NCBI GenBank assembly: GCA_001179505.1
Contig: CDMY01000456.1
Location: forward strand, 309,129 to 373,128
Length of the DNA stretch: 64,000 nucleotides
Direction of reading: 5' to 3'
DNA from: Vitrella brassicaformis CCMP3155
Taxonomy: Eukaryota; Protista; Chromerida
This document shows positions 1-12,400 of this stretch, piece by piece. Made by a program: the position numbers and the translations under genes. Under the pieces are notes generated by a model. The model was not told where the DNA came from. It ran no database searches and worked only from the letters and a program-made list of their open reading frames with translations. Position 1 is the stretch's first letter, and each line of letters opens with the position of its first letter.

Positions 1-1
1 T

Positions 2-1109
2 TCGGTGGTCTCTCTGATGGCCTTCATCGCCCTCGCCATCGCATCAGCAGCACCATTCGCCATGAGAGGTACACACACACACACGCACACACACACGCAC
101 ACGATGGTATAAGCGCCCGTCGGTGGCTGCAGGTGTGCAGGAGAGAGAGGCCCACAGGCAGCTGCAGGGCGAAGAGGCACTGTGCCTGGAGATCTGCAAG
201 ACTTTCTGCGACTCTTACTGCTTGGGCCAAGGGGACGACTGCACGGCCGAGTGCAGCAGTTGCCCGCCGGGCTGCTCTGAGGGATTGCGTGGCCGCCGGC
301 TCCAGCAGCAGCGACTCCGGCGGCAGCGACTCCGGCGGCAGCGACTCCGGCGGCAGCGACTCCGGCAGCAGCGACTCCGGCGGCAGCGACTCCGGCGCCA
401 GCGACTCCGGCGCCAGCGACTCCGGCAGCAGCGACTCCGACAGCAGGGACTACGAAGAGGACTCCTCTACTGCCGGCAGCGACTACCGGGAGCTTCAGGA
501 GTGCAAACACACCTGCCACGACGTCGACATTTGTGATGACTGCCGGTTGGGCCAGTGGAACGAATACGCGGCGGCTACCAGGTACGTCAGGAGAGAGAGG
601 GGCTTACAGACAGACAGACAGACGGTAGGAGACGAGCACACGCACGCAGCATCCATCCATCCATCCATCCATTCACCCATTCCTGTCTGGCTGGGGCTAC
701 TTGTGTGTGTGCAGGTCTATACGGTAGGGCGCAATGGGTCATGCGGTGCTGTCTGGGCACGTCTTCGGACGACTGTTCTCTACCCCGGGTTCTTCATTGT
801 GGACAGCGGTGCTGCGGCACATGCGACGAAGAGAGCAGCAATACGACGGCAGAGGGAGGGGCGCTGCGGCAGCTTCAGGAGGGGTGCACACGTGTGTGCA
901 TCAACGGCGTGTGCAGGACGCTCTGCGAGATGGGAAATGCTGTCAACCGCACTGTGGTCGTACACTCTGCGGCACACGCTGCAGAGAGCCCGTCTGTGAG
1001 TTTGTTTGTCGGTCTCTTGGCCTTGATGCTGTGCATCAATCATGTTTTCCATACGCTAACTCACGGAAGGGAGAGGGGAGGGGAGAGGAGGGGGCAGCGC
1101 AGCTTTTAG
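2..1109 (+). CDS. Secreted Cys-rich multi-module protein with Ser/Asp/Gly repeat and four RxLQ motifs; 5' end possibly before the window; frame problem near 305; 3' end uncertain
   Basis: Hydrophobic exon 2-68 (SVVSLMAFIALAIASAAPFAMR) splices at 69-132 to a Cys-rich exon. Cys modules follow RQLQ (156), RRLQ (294), RELQ (487) and RQLQ (867). The reading frame switches +1 after RRLQ. A possible donor at 996 makes the C-terminus uncertain. Confidence 0.6.
309..440 (+). repeat. 15-bp tandem repeat (cagcgactccggcgg), about 9 copies
   Basis: Directly visible; reads (SDSGG)n in one frame and (QRLRR)n in another. Confidence 0.95.
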
Positions 1110-1571
1110 CTTTTTTCGGCGAGACGGGCCAGCAGATTTTCCACTCTTTTTGGCTGTGACGCTCTGCGCTGGTTTTTGCTGTTTGTTGTGTGGGAGGGAG
1201 GTGAGTCTGTCTGTCTGTCAACGTATGTTCAACACGAAGGCCCTGGATGGATAAGTGGGTGAGCCGTGGTTAGCTCTTCTACGGTAGAATGCATAGAGAT
1301 CAGCACACAGTAAGTACCAAACAAACGCTGCGACCGTAGAGAGTGACAAATTCAAACAAAGCTGCCTGCCACCCCATGCCATGCCATGCACCGGCTCACA
1401 AATACACAAACACATACATACATAAACACATGCGACGTATGATTGGATTGGTGCAGACAGACATACCTAAGCTCCTGTCTGTCATTGGTAGGAGCACAAG
1501 GACAGACACAGCCATCTCCCTCCACTCGCAAATACATACATACTCATCTCACCATCAGCCCCGCCCGCGAC

Positions 1572-4090
1572 TCACACACATGGCCCGGCGTGTTTGACTG
1601 AAAGGGCCTCACCCACCACCCCACCCGTCCCCGCCCGCACACAATTGGCGTTCCACAGATGGCATGCGTTCATGAAGGTCTGCCCGCTGGTCGCACACAC
1701 GGGCTGATGTACACCCCAACACGGCCTCGTGCACCCGTCGCCCTCCCTCTTTTCGGCGGCCCCCCGGCATTTCCGCCGTCTCTCGAGCAGGTCGATCATT
1801 CTCTGCACGTGCTGCGAGTTGGGGCTGGGTGCGAAGCACCTGATCCAGTCGACTTGGAAGGTGTTGCTGTCCTCGTTGGCTTCCCGGTGTGTGGTGGCGA
1901 TGGAGCTGAGGACGGTGTGCTGGGGGAGTGGCTGAATGCCCTCAAACAGCTGCAGCTGAGACAGCTCGGAATCCTCATGCAAGATGCCCTGGGGCAACAC
2001 ACACACACACACACACAGGGAGAGGGGAAACTGATCGCCGGTGTGGCTAGCGCACAGCCACCGTGCACACGTAGCCCACCTGTATGTGTGGATTGTCGCT
2101 CTCGCCTTCGTTGGGCACGTGAAGGTCCCCTCCTTCCTGTACCCCCACACACGCAAGCAAGCCGTCACGTGAGTGCCCCACCACTGTGTGCGCGCGCGTA
2201 CGTAGAAAGCGACGTAAAAGTCGTTGAATTCCATGGAGAACACCCTGTCCGTCATGGTCAGATTCCGAAACTTGGGTAAGTTTGTCCAGGCGATGGAATC
2301 CTTTTCTCTGAGAGGCTGGTTTCTCGTCTGTGAGCCCACGATCCTAGCCGTCTCCTCGACACACAGATCGGCTGCCGTCTGGTTGTCGTTGACGCTGGCC
2401 CTGATGGCGTCGCCGAATGCCCTCTCGATTGCTTGTGACGCGTTGGCCAGCTGATAGTCGACCACTTCTCTGGGCTTGAACATATACGCCCCTTGGTAGG
2501 TCATGAGAGTGCCATCGAGGTTGGGTGGGTGGACTGTCATCTAGAGAGGGAAACCCGACATGCATCGACAGTGACCCACAGGTACGTACGCAAAATACCT
2601 GTTCGAACATGTCCATCTCAAGATAGAAAAAATCGTCTGTCTCTAGTGCAGAATCAGATCCCGCCGGTTTTCCCCGTGTCCACACCTGGATAAAATCGGG
2701 TCCACAGAGAAACGGACATAGAAGGAGCCTTCATCTCTTTCCATTCATCCCTTCTTACGGTCTCATGGTACCCGTAATTGCCCTCAACCCTGCACAATAC
2801 CCGCACACACAACACACACACAAACAGACATCGGTCGAAATGCTCATTCGCTCTGCTCACGTGACTTTCACGGTGCAAAAGAGATTGGTCGTCGAGACCG
2901 ATTTTGCAGAAACAACGCCACCAGAGTGATAGATTGGATCGCCGGCACAATGCTGCCGCTCCCGACTCGCCATCGGGGGCGGTGGCTGAGGCCCATCCGA
3001 TGGACACACGAGCTCCGGCTCCTTGGTGGGGCAGTTGACATCGTCTGGCCAAAAGTCGCTGGTCTTGTTGCCCACAATCACGAGGTGGCCGTCGCGCACT
3101 GACACCTGCTCCGGGAGGCACTTACTCGCTCGGCACTCGCCCTCATCACGATACTGCCACTTCTGGGTGTCCAGGGCATCGCCCTCAAACTCGTCCGAGA
3201 GCTCTGCACGCACCCATCAAAAGACAAACAAGGTGAAGAGAATGAGCTCGGTCTGGTCCTTTCCTGGCATAAATAGATAGCCCTCAGGTGCTGCGTCGGT
3301 AAAGGGGTGGTCATCCAGGAAGATGGTCGCCGTCGGCTTGGGAGGGGCTCTGGCTGCGATCTCCTGCCTCTGTTCTAGCGACATGTCCGCGAGACAAGGG
3401 AATGGAATGCCTCGGGCCATGTCACTCTTAGGGCAGCATGGGACGTCGTTGGCCCCGTAGTCTGACCACTCGGCCACGGTCGATATGCAGCAGCCGGCAT
3501 CCAGATCATCAACATCAGCATCAGCATCGCAGCCTGGCCCGAGGGTGCCATCTTCGCGGCACTGGCAGGTATTTTGGCCATCGTAGTGGGTAGTGCAGCC
3601 GACGGGGCACTGACGGCCTGCATGAGAAAGAGACAGAAAGTCTGGAGTGTGTGCATCATGATGTGTGCGTGTGAGTGTTGGTGTATTGCTCACCGACAGG
3701 CTTGCAGCAGAGAGGGACCGTCAGAACTCCCCCTTCGCTCTGCTGGTCCGGCACGAACGACAGGAAGGCGCTCTCATTCCCGAGCGGAACTTCACCTGGC
3801 GGCAGCTCAGGCAAGGCGCCGCCCATCAACAGAACATCAGAAGCTGACATCCGAAGGCAGCCATCGCCGCAGTCCTCATCGTCCACCAACCGGTGCGAAG
3901 CATCGATATCGACCTGCAGGAGCAGAGGGGCTCTGCTTGGCACGAGCCGCCTGAGGTCCTCGCAGCTGTCCGCCTCTCTGATCCGCAAGTCTTTGACTGC
4001 CACGCATCCTGTGCGGTCGTGTGCGGCATGTGGCCGGCCACCAGAGGGCCACATGGACAGCCAGAAAGGGCAGAGAAGTCGCCAAAGCAT
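1572..4090 (-). CDS. Secreted glycoside hydrolase family 16 (laminarinase-like) protein with Cys-rich N-terminal region and C-terminal Kazal domain
   Basis: ATG at 4090 with hydrophobic N-terminus. GH16 hallmarks SDEFEGDALDTQKW, catalytic EMDMFE (about 2605-2625) and FQVDWIRCF. Last exon carries the Kazal pattern C-TRP-C-WGVHQPV-C-ATSGQTFMNA-C-HLWNAN-C...GPC, stop at 1572. Confidence 0.8.
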
Positions 4091-4236
4091 CGCACCGATT
4101 GAGTTTACAACTTTACAGCCGTTGGTGAGATTGCAACGGCTCGTGCCGCGCTTTCATATTGCGTATCTCGAGGCCCCTGCTTCTTCCGAAGTGACCACCC
4201 GAGATCAGCTGGGCCATCCATCCCCGCGAGACCACG

Positions 4237-4785
4237 ATGCACCTTCTGTCGACGATATCGGATGCTGACTTCTCGGCCCTTCTCGGGAGCGTGCTGTGTC
4301 TGGCGGCCCGGCCTTCCCCCTCGGAGGCCTCGTGCGTCCTCAAGCACCTCAAGACACACGCCATACTCACCGACAAGGACCCCCGATTCAGACAAGGTAT
4401 GTACCCACACACGTAGAGAGAGAGGATACACACTCACACACAAACACACATATCTCTGTGTCCTTTCTGTCGTTGGCATGTAGAGTGTGAGCACGCGTAC
4501 GCCCGTCTGCACCTGATGAATCCCCACCCGCCCAACGTGAGCCCGCCCTCCCCGCCCCCCTCCTTCATCTACCCCCCCTCCCTCTCCGCCACCGGCAGGG
4601 CGACCTACGGCGGGCTCGGCGGCTATGGCTTCGACGACGAGGCCATTCTGCCACACATGCTGGTGCCCCGAGCCTCTCTCAGCGTCAACGACATCATGGG
4701 CGTGAGGGCAGGGGTGACGCGGACTATGTCCTTCTCGTCAACGAGCTCGTGCTCCCTCACCACCACCACGGCAGCGAGCTACTAG
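4237..4785 (+). CDS. Hypothetical protein, 2 exons (4237-4396, 4484-4785)
   Basis: MHLLSTISDADFSALLGSVLCL... The phase-1 GT-AG intron 4397-4483 joins in frame to ECEHAYARLHLMNPHPP...AASY*. Confidence 0.55.
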
Positions 4786-5734
4786 GCCGGCAGGGAGGAA
4801 GGGAGAGGGAGGGAGAGGGAGGGAGAGGGAGGCGGAGTGTTGTGCTTTTCTGTCAGTGAGCCACACGTGAGAAGACCATCGTGTGAGTGCGTGTCGTGGG
4901 GAGACGGGTGGCGGACGGGCAAGTGGGTGAAGAATCCACGCGCGCGTCACCACAAGAACGACAGATTTAGCCAGCGGAGACCAACTAACTGCACGATGGC
5001 ATTTGCGCGTAGTAGCCTCTATGTCTGTCTGTCTGTCTGTGCCTGTGTGGTTTGAGGTGAGTGGGTCCGTGCGGGTCGGGTGCATGGCGAATTAATTAAG
5101 GGCACAGCGGGCAGAGGGGTGGTGCGGTCCGGTGGGGGAGAGGGGGCGGGGCGAACAGGGGAATTTTAGATGTCGCAACGCAACGCAACGGATCTGTGTG
5201 TGTGTGTGTGTACTATGCTAAGAGAGAGAACAGAGAGAAAGAGAAACACGTCAAGTGAGGAGGGGCCAATATATGTAACAACAACTATCTATGTGTGTCA
5301 CATGTGTGTTGTGGTGCAGTGCAACACCACAGATGGGATGGAGGCCCGGCCAAAAAGTATATATATTATATGTGCAAGACGGAAAGCGTCTCTTCTACTT
5401 GCAGAGAGAGACAATAAATGGGTCGGTCGGCCGGTGGGGGGCGGTTGGATGGATGGATGAAGGACAGACACCTAAGCAATTATGTGATGTGATGTGACTC
5501 GGTGGTTCTAACATGACATGCAGCCAATGAGCGAGCACTCTTTTCTTTTGCCCGCCCCACACATGAGCTGACTCATATATAATGGAACCTGTGGAAATGG
5601 AATTGATGGAAGCAAAAGTCTCGACATCAAGCGGAAGTCAGCTCGGCTTCGTCATCTCAGCTGGTAGCTAAAAAGTTCCCTGACGCACCGGCACACTCAC
5701 AGACCGGCACACCCACGCGGCCGCACACGCACGG

Positions 5735-5920
5735 ACCTACCTACCTACCTACTGTACTCACTGTACATCCCTCCATCCATCCATCCCTCCATCCATCCAA
5801 AGAGACCAGACCAGATCAGATCAGATCACATCGCACACACCAGACAGAAAAGCAGGCGACGCGACGCGCGACACGCGACGGCAGCCTCGTCTCGTCTCAC
5901 CTCATCTCATCTCATCTCAC
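5735..5920. repeat. Cluster of successive short tandem repeats (ACCT, CCAT, AGATC, GACGC, TCTCA)
   Basis: Directly visible in the convergent intergenic region. Confidence 0.85.
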
Positions 5921-6094
5921 CTCATTCGTGCCCAAAAAAACCACGCCATACGTTTGTTTATCGATCCATCCATCCATCCATTCCATGCATGCCGGCAAAA
6001 AAGAGGGAGGGTCAAAAGCCAGCTAGCTGCCTTCCTTACACTAGCTAGAGAGCCAAGCAAGCAGAAGCTCCTCTGTGTATGTGGTGAGTGAGTG

Positions 6095-7371
6095 TCATTG
6101 GGGTGCTTGTGGTGGTGGTGCGGTGGGCATGGGTACGACCTGCTGGGGGTAGGCCTGCCCGTACTCGGGGTTGATGGCTGCTGGCGGCTGGAACGACGGC
6201 TGATGTCGATGACACACACACACACACACACAGTCGGTGGTATGTGTGTGCTGGCTGGGGCGTGCGTGTGTGCCTGCTCAAAGCACTCACCCCATAGAGC
6301 AGCGGCCGCCGCCTCTCTGCTGCAATCCTCATCAGAGACCTGATACACACCACCAACACACACACACACACTCACTCTCACTCTCTCCCTGTGTGTGTGT
6401 GTGTGTGGATGTGTGTGTGGTTGTCCCCCCACGCACCAGACAAGGTAAGTAAAGTAGAAGGAGAGCAGAATCCACAGAGTGTCCATCGCGTAGCTCTTCC
6501 TGTGGATGCGCTCGTGCTCCTCTCGCAGCCCTGCTTGCAGACACTGCACACCACAGCACAGCACACGGAGGGAGGAGGGCAAAGGCATCGATCGCATCAG
6601 TCAGTGTGCTGATTCTTGGTTGCAATCGTTGGGTTTGCGGGTGAGGTGAGTGATTTGAGTGGCTGGCTGGCTGACCACTTTGACGACCGACACCACGACA
6701 GAGAGGATGCAGTAGAGGTAAAAAGATAACAGCTGCTTCTCCTGTCAGAGTTGACACAGACAGACACACACAGACACACCCCGACGGCATCTGTTGCGTG
6801 CCCATCCGTCCATCCATCCGTCCATCCATCTCACAATGAGGAAGGTGGCCCCGCTGTAGCCAGCACTACCGGCAAGGAACCCAAGAATGCCTACACAACA
6901 CACCACACCATACGCACACACCGCAACACACACAGATCCAACCGTGTGTTTGTCATCCTCTCTCCCATCCACTCCACTCCCTCCCTCCCTCACCCATGAC
7001 AGAGCTGAGGACCTCGACAACGGTGTTGTACCCGGTGAGGAAGCGGAAGATGGCGATGAACAGGCCGGCTATCGTCAGCGCGCCATACACCATCACCACA
7101 AAGGCCACGATCTTCACAGCTGCGGGGCACGGTGGGTGAAGAAGGAACACAGACAGACAGACAGACAGAGAGCTGCATGATACGATTGATGCATGTGTTG
7201 TGCGCTCTATGGTCTCCAGATGAGATAGATCTGTGTGTGTGTGCGCATGGACGTACTGCACATACCTGACTGAAGCGCACAGCATCCGCAGCATGTTTCC
7301 GCCGGCTTGACGTTGAAGCAGTACAAGAAATGGCGATGCAGATCTCGCTGAGTGCCTGCTATGCTCTCCAT
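6095..7371 (-). CDS. Multi-pass membrane protein with N-terminal CCGCC motif and Pro/Gln-rich tail (LAPTM/tetraspan-like architecture)
   Basis: MESIAGTQRDLHRHFLYCFNVKPAETCCGCCALQSG; hydrophobic exons (KIVAFVVMVYGALTIAGLFIAIF; GILGFLAGSAGYSGATFLI); last exon AINPEYGQAYPQQVVPMPTAPPPQAPQ*. Confidence 0.65.
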
Positions 7372-7633
7372 TGGAGGGACGCTCTTGGCGTCTGTTCGCC
7401 AAGCTTCGGAGCAGCAGCGGTTTCAGGGAGCACCCTAAGCTTCTGCAGCTGCGAGCCAGTCCCGAGATCTAAGGGGTTTTTCTCCCTTGTGAGGCCTGCG
7501 GATACCATCAGCAGCCTCCCATCTGCCTCTCCTTCAGTGGCGCGCCTTCATTTTCGACAAGTTTTGTCCGGGGCTAGTCTCACCAGCAGCTCACCAGCCG
7601 GCTCAGGTGGGTGACGCAGAGAGAAGCACAAAG

Positions 7634-9362
7634 ATGCCGGCTTGTATGGAGGCTGCCGGTGCCCTGGCGTTCACCCTCGACGGGCAGAAAGTGGTTGTGA
7701 AGGCCGCCGATGTCGATCCGTCGCTCCCGCTCGCGTCGTTCCTCCGCTCACATCTCGGCTGCCACAACGTCAAAGTGGCCTGTGGAGAGGGAGGTGAGCA
7801 CGCGACATCGCAATGCAATGCACTGTGTGCTGGTGCCGGGTGTGTGTGTGTGTGTGGTTGAACAGGGTGCGGCGCGTGCACTGTGCTGCTGGAGCGGCAG
7901 GACCCTTCGACCAAGGCCATTGAGCGCCACACCGCCCTGTCGTGCATCAAGCCACTGCCCTCTGTCCACGGCTGGAACGTCACGACGGCCAAGGGGCTCA
8001 AGGACCGCAGCGGCGCCCTGCACAAGAGGATGGAAACACTCAACGCGGCACAGTGCGGGTGGGTGAGCCGGCCGGGCAGGATCAGGCGGACAATGAAAGG
8101 CGTGTGTCGCTGTCTGTGTCTGTGTGTCTGTTTGTCTAGGTACTGCACACCTGGTTTCGTTGTCAGCCTTTATGACACGCTGACGTCGGCGGGTGGCGAC
8201 CTGACGACCGACCGGCTCAAGGGAGAGCTGGACGGAAACCTGTGCAGATGTACAGGTGGGTCTACTGGATGGGTGGGGAAATGAAATGGTCACACACCAC
8301 ATACCGCTCCGCTCCCTCTTTCAGGCTACCGGTCCATCCTCGACGTATGCAAGAGCTTCTGCACCGACGCACCGGCCCACCTGAGGCCGACCACACCCGA
8401 CATCGAAGACGCCATCCCCCCTTGCAAATGGCCCACACCCGTCCCGCAGCCCCTCCCATCCACCCCTCCCCCCCTCCTCAAGAACGCCTCCCTCACCTGG
8501 CACACCCCCAGCAGCCTCGCCGAGCTGCACAGCATTTTTCGCTCGCTGCGGCAGGACGGCAAGGTGCGCCTGGTGGGCCACAACACGTCCGTGTGCTGGC
8601 AGGAGAAGGCGAAAGAGGAGGAGTGCGTCATTTCCCTGGAGAGGGTGGAAGAGCTGGCAGGGATTCACGTGACCGAGAGGGCGATCCGCGTGGGCGGACA
8701 GGCGACCATCAGCGAGCTGATATCGGTCATCGACAAGGAGGCGACCAAGACGGCGACGTACGCCGCGCTGTCCGCCCACCTGAGGCACACCGGCAGCAAG
8801 CAGCTCAGGAACGAGGGCACAGTCGCGGGCAATCTGATGCTCGTCAAGACGATGGCCTTCCCATCGGATATCGCTCCCCTCCTGCTGGCCTGGGGCTGCC
8901 GCATTGAGTACATCGACCTCGACGCACCAACACCGTCGGCAGCACAGACACAAATGGTGGATCTGGAGGCATTTCTCGTCGCCGATGCGCCCAAGATGGC
9001 TCTCATCGTCGCCATCGTGCTGGACAAGCAGAATGAGGGCGCCTTCTTCCGCTCGTATCGCACTGCAATGCGCAAGCACTACGCACACGCGACAGGTGGG
9101 AAATGGCGAAATGACAACACGAAGACAGCCAGAGGTCCATCCAACGAGCACATGCGTCTTGTGTTGTCTTGTGTGCAGCCAATGCTGCATTCTGGTGTGA
9201 GTTTTCTCCCTCGTCTTCCGGCGTGGTGTCTGCGGTGCGGCTGGTGGCTGGGGCGGTGAGCGACCGGCCGCAGCGGGCACGCCAGACCGAGGCCTTCCTG
9301 CTCGAACAGGGCCTCACCAACAAGACGGTGACGAGGGCCATCGAGATGCTCACGGAAGAGGT

Positions 9363-9401
<39 letters not shown>

Positions 9402-12400
9402 CATTAGTGCGTCGTGTGTGGATGGATGGATGGATGTGTCCACTCACTCACTCAGGTCACCATCGGAGCATCGTCCCATGACAGCGAGTCCTATCGCAAG
9501 TCGCTGCTGGCCGGCTACCTCTACCGCTTCCTTCTCGAGTGCATCAACCGACATGACAACACCCGCACCAGCACCCCCTCCCCCAGCAGCACCAGCACCC
9601 ACTCAACAACAACAGCCGACACCGGTCACCTCAACGGCACCACACACACAGACACAGACACGGACCCTGACACTGACATCGACAGAGAGGGAGGAGGTGC
9701 CCGGATATGGCAGCCACTGGCCAAGCCAGACAACGAGAGGCTTGTCACGGGAGACGCCAAGTACACTGGTGATGTGGCGATGGACAAGAGGGCGCTGTAT
9801 GGTGCGTACGTGACGAGCGAGCATGCAAAGGCGACTCTGCTGAGGGTGGATGGGAGCGAGGCCATGAGGGTCGATGGCGTGGTGGACATCGTGACCAGTG
9901 AGGACTTCACCCTCAACCGCATGATCAACACAGGTCGGTGGCTGGGGCAGTGAGTCAGTCGTCCTTGACCCACACAAAGTGTGGTGGTTGTGGTGGTTTC
10001 ACGTGAAATTGGTCAGTGACCGCGTGGGACACGAATCTGCTCGAGAGTGTGGTGCCGATTGGGGGTCAGTCTCGCTTCGTCGGCCAGCCTGTCGCCCTGG
10101 TGCTCGCCGCCACCGAAGACACCGCACGCAAAGCCGCACACGTCGTCAAAGTACATACCCTCCCGGCACCGAGAGAGAAGGAGGGAGGGAGGGAGGGATC
10201 TCACAAGCCCACACACTCTCTCCTTCCCCACTTGTGTGTGGCTGTGCAGGTGGAGTGGGCTGACATCCAGACACCAGTAGTGACGATCGCGCAAGCCATG
10301 GCCGCCAAGAGGGAGTACAAGAAAATGTTTGAGGGCAGGAAAGGCGACATCGCACCGTTCGAGGCCGTCTTCAGCAGCAGAGGCACAGCCGACCTGCAAG
10401 TCGTCAAAGGCAAAGTGGACTGCGGCAGCCAGGTAGGAGCATCCAGAAGGGATACCACAGACGGGGAGAGGGTTTCCTTACTGTCGTCGCGTGTGTTGTG
10501 TTGTTATGTGTCGATCAGTTGCATTTCTACCTGGAGCCGCAGGTGGCTGTGGCATGTCCCGACGAGGACGGCCGCATGACGGTGCACACCGCCACACAGG
10601 GGCCGCAGTACGTCCACGAGGTCAGCCCATTAATGCATCGAAAACACGGCCATGGCCATTCTGCGCCCGCATGTCTGTCTGTCTGTATCCTGGACACTCA
10701 GAATGTCGCGCTGGCACTGGGCCTCCCCCAGCACAAAGTCGACGTCCGACTCAGGTGCGGCAGATGGGCACGCAAACAATTAGCGGTGGGCATCCGTGTC
10801 TGTCTGTGTCTGTATAGGCGTCTGGGTGGCGGTTTCGGGGGCAAGTCGACTGGCTCGGTGCCAGTGGCCATCATGGCGGCCGTTGCGGCGAGAAAGGCAG
10901 GCCGTCCGGTCCACGTCAGCCCCACTCGCCATCAAGACGCAGCCATGACCGGCGGCAGGTCAGTCAGTCAGTCAGTCAGACACACTGGGCCACAAACAGG
11001 CAGACACAAGCGTGCATGTGCCTGCCATTCACTGTGTGTTGTGTGTTGGTTCAGAGAGGAGATCGAGTTGGACTACGAGGCGGCCTTCGACCGTTCCGGC
11101 CGCATTCACGCCATCAGGGCCTCGGTGCACGTCAACTGCGGCTGTGCCGGCAATCTCGCATACATGTGCGGCAAATACGTAAGCACACCCGGTCCGGACT
11201 GTGCTGTGGTGTGGTACATGACTGACATGATCAACCAGCGCGTTCCATTCAGATTGCGGAGTTCCTCGAGCAGGCCTACGAGCTGCAGAACTTCTACCTG
11301 CTCTCCAAGCTGTGGATAACGGACCTCCCCATGCGGATGCCCGTGAGAGCACCAGGCGGCCTCCCCGCCGCCCTCGCCATCGAGACCATCCTCGACCACA
11401 TTGCCTCATCCCTCTCACTCGACCAGGCGGACGTCAGGCGCGCCAACCACCTCACGGAAACGAGCTTGACGTCGGCCATGTACGTCAACGGCGAGATGGC
11501 AGCCGCGCCCCGGCAGCTGACGGTGCCGGTGCAGATTGCGAGGATCCACGACGAGGTGTGCGCTTCGAGTGAGTGGGGGCGGCGTGTGGCCGAGGTGGCG
11601 GCGTTCAACAAGGCTCATCGGTGGCGCAAGAGGGGTCTGGGATTGATGGGGCTGCGGTTCCCGCGCCCCCTGTTCGCGAGCAACGCCGTCATCAACGTGC
11701 ACGTCGATGGGACGGTGCTGCTCCACCATGAGGGTGTCGAGATGGGTCAGGGCCTGCATGTCAAGGTCATCCAGGTACTGACTGCAGTAGCTGAGCTCGT
11801 AATGCCACAGCATAGATAGACATAGACGTGTGTGCAAGTATTCTCCGTCTGTGACTTATGGATCGGCCATAGGTTGCCTGCGACACCCTCGGTACGCGGC
11901 TGTTCGGTTACCCTCTCCCGGCGTCGCTCGTCCGGTCCGCCGACTTCGCCACTGAGTTCATGTATGTGAGCAACCAAGACGTCTGTTTGTTGGACCTTCA
12001 TGTCATTCGCTGGCTGCACCATGATGTGTCCTGTCCGTCCGTCCGTCTGTCTGTGTGTATTGTGTCCTGCCTGCCTGCCTGCTGCAGGCCGAACCCGTGG
12101 CTGACGGCCGCGTCAAGCACCTCCGAGCGCATGTGCTTCGCCATGCAGGACGCAGCAAACAGGATGGCAGAAAAGCTAATGCCCTTCGTCAACCAGGTCA
12201 GCTCCACACACACATACTGGTACCCCCACACCCACCCCACTTTCAGCACACGACATCAGTCAGTGTGTTGTGGCTGCATGCTGTGGTGTGTGTGTTCAGG
12301 AGAGCGCCGATGGACAAGTGGCGGAGCGGTGGAAGGAGGTGATCTTGGCGGCAAATGGTGCGAAGGTGAATCTCCAGCAGCAGGGTGAGTGGCGGCCGTC

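Noticed and set aside
309-440. CRISPR array
   Set aside because: The 15-bp units are contiguous with no unique spacers, lie within a eukaryotic exon, and no cas genes are present.
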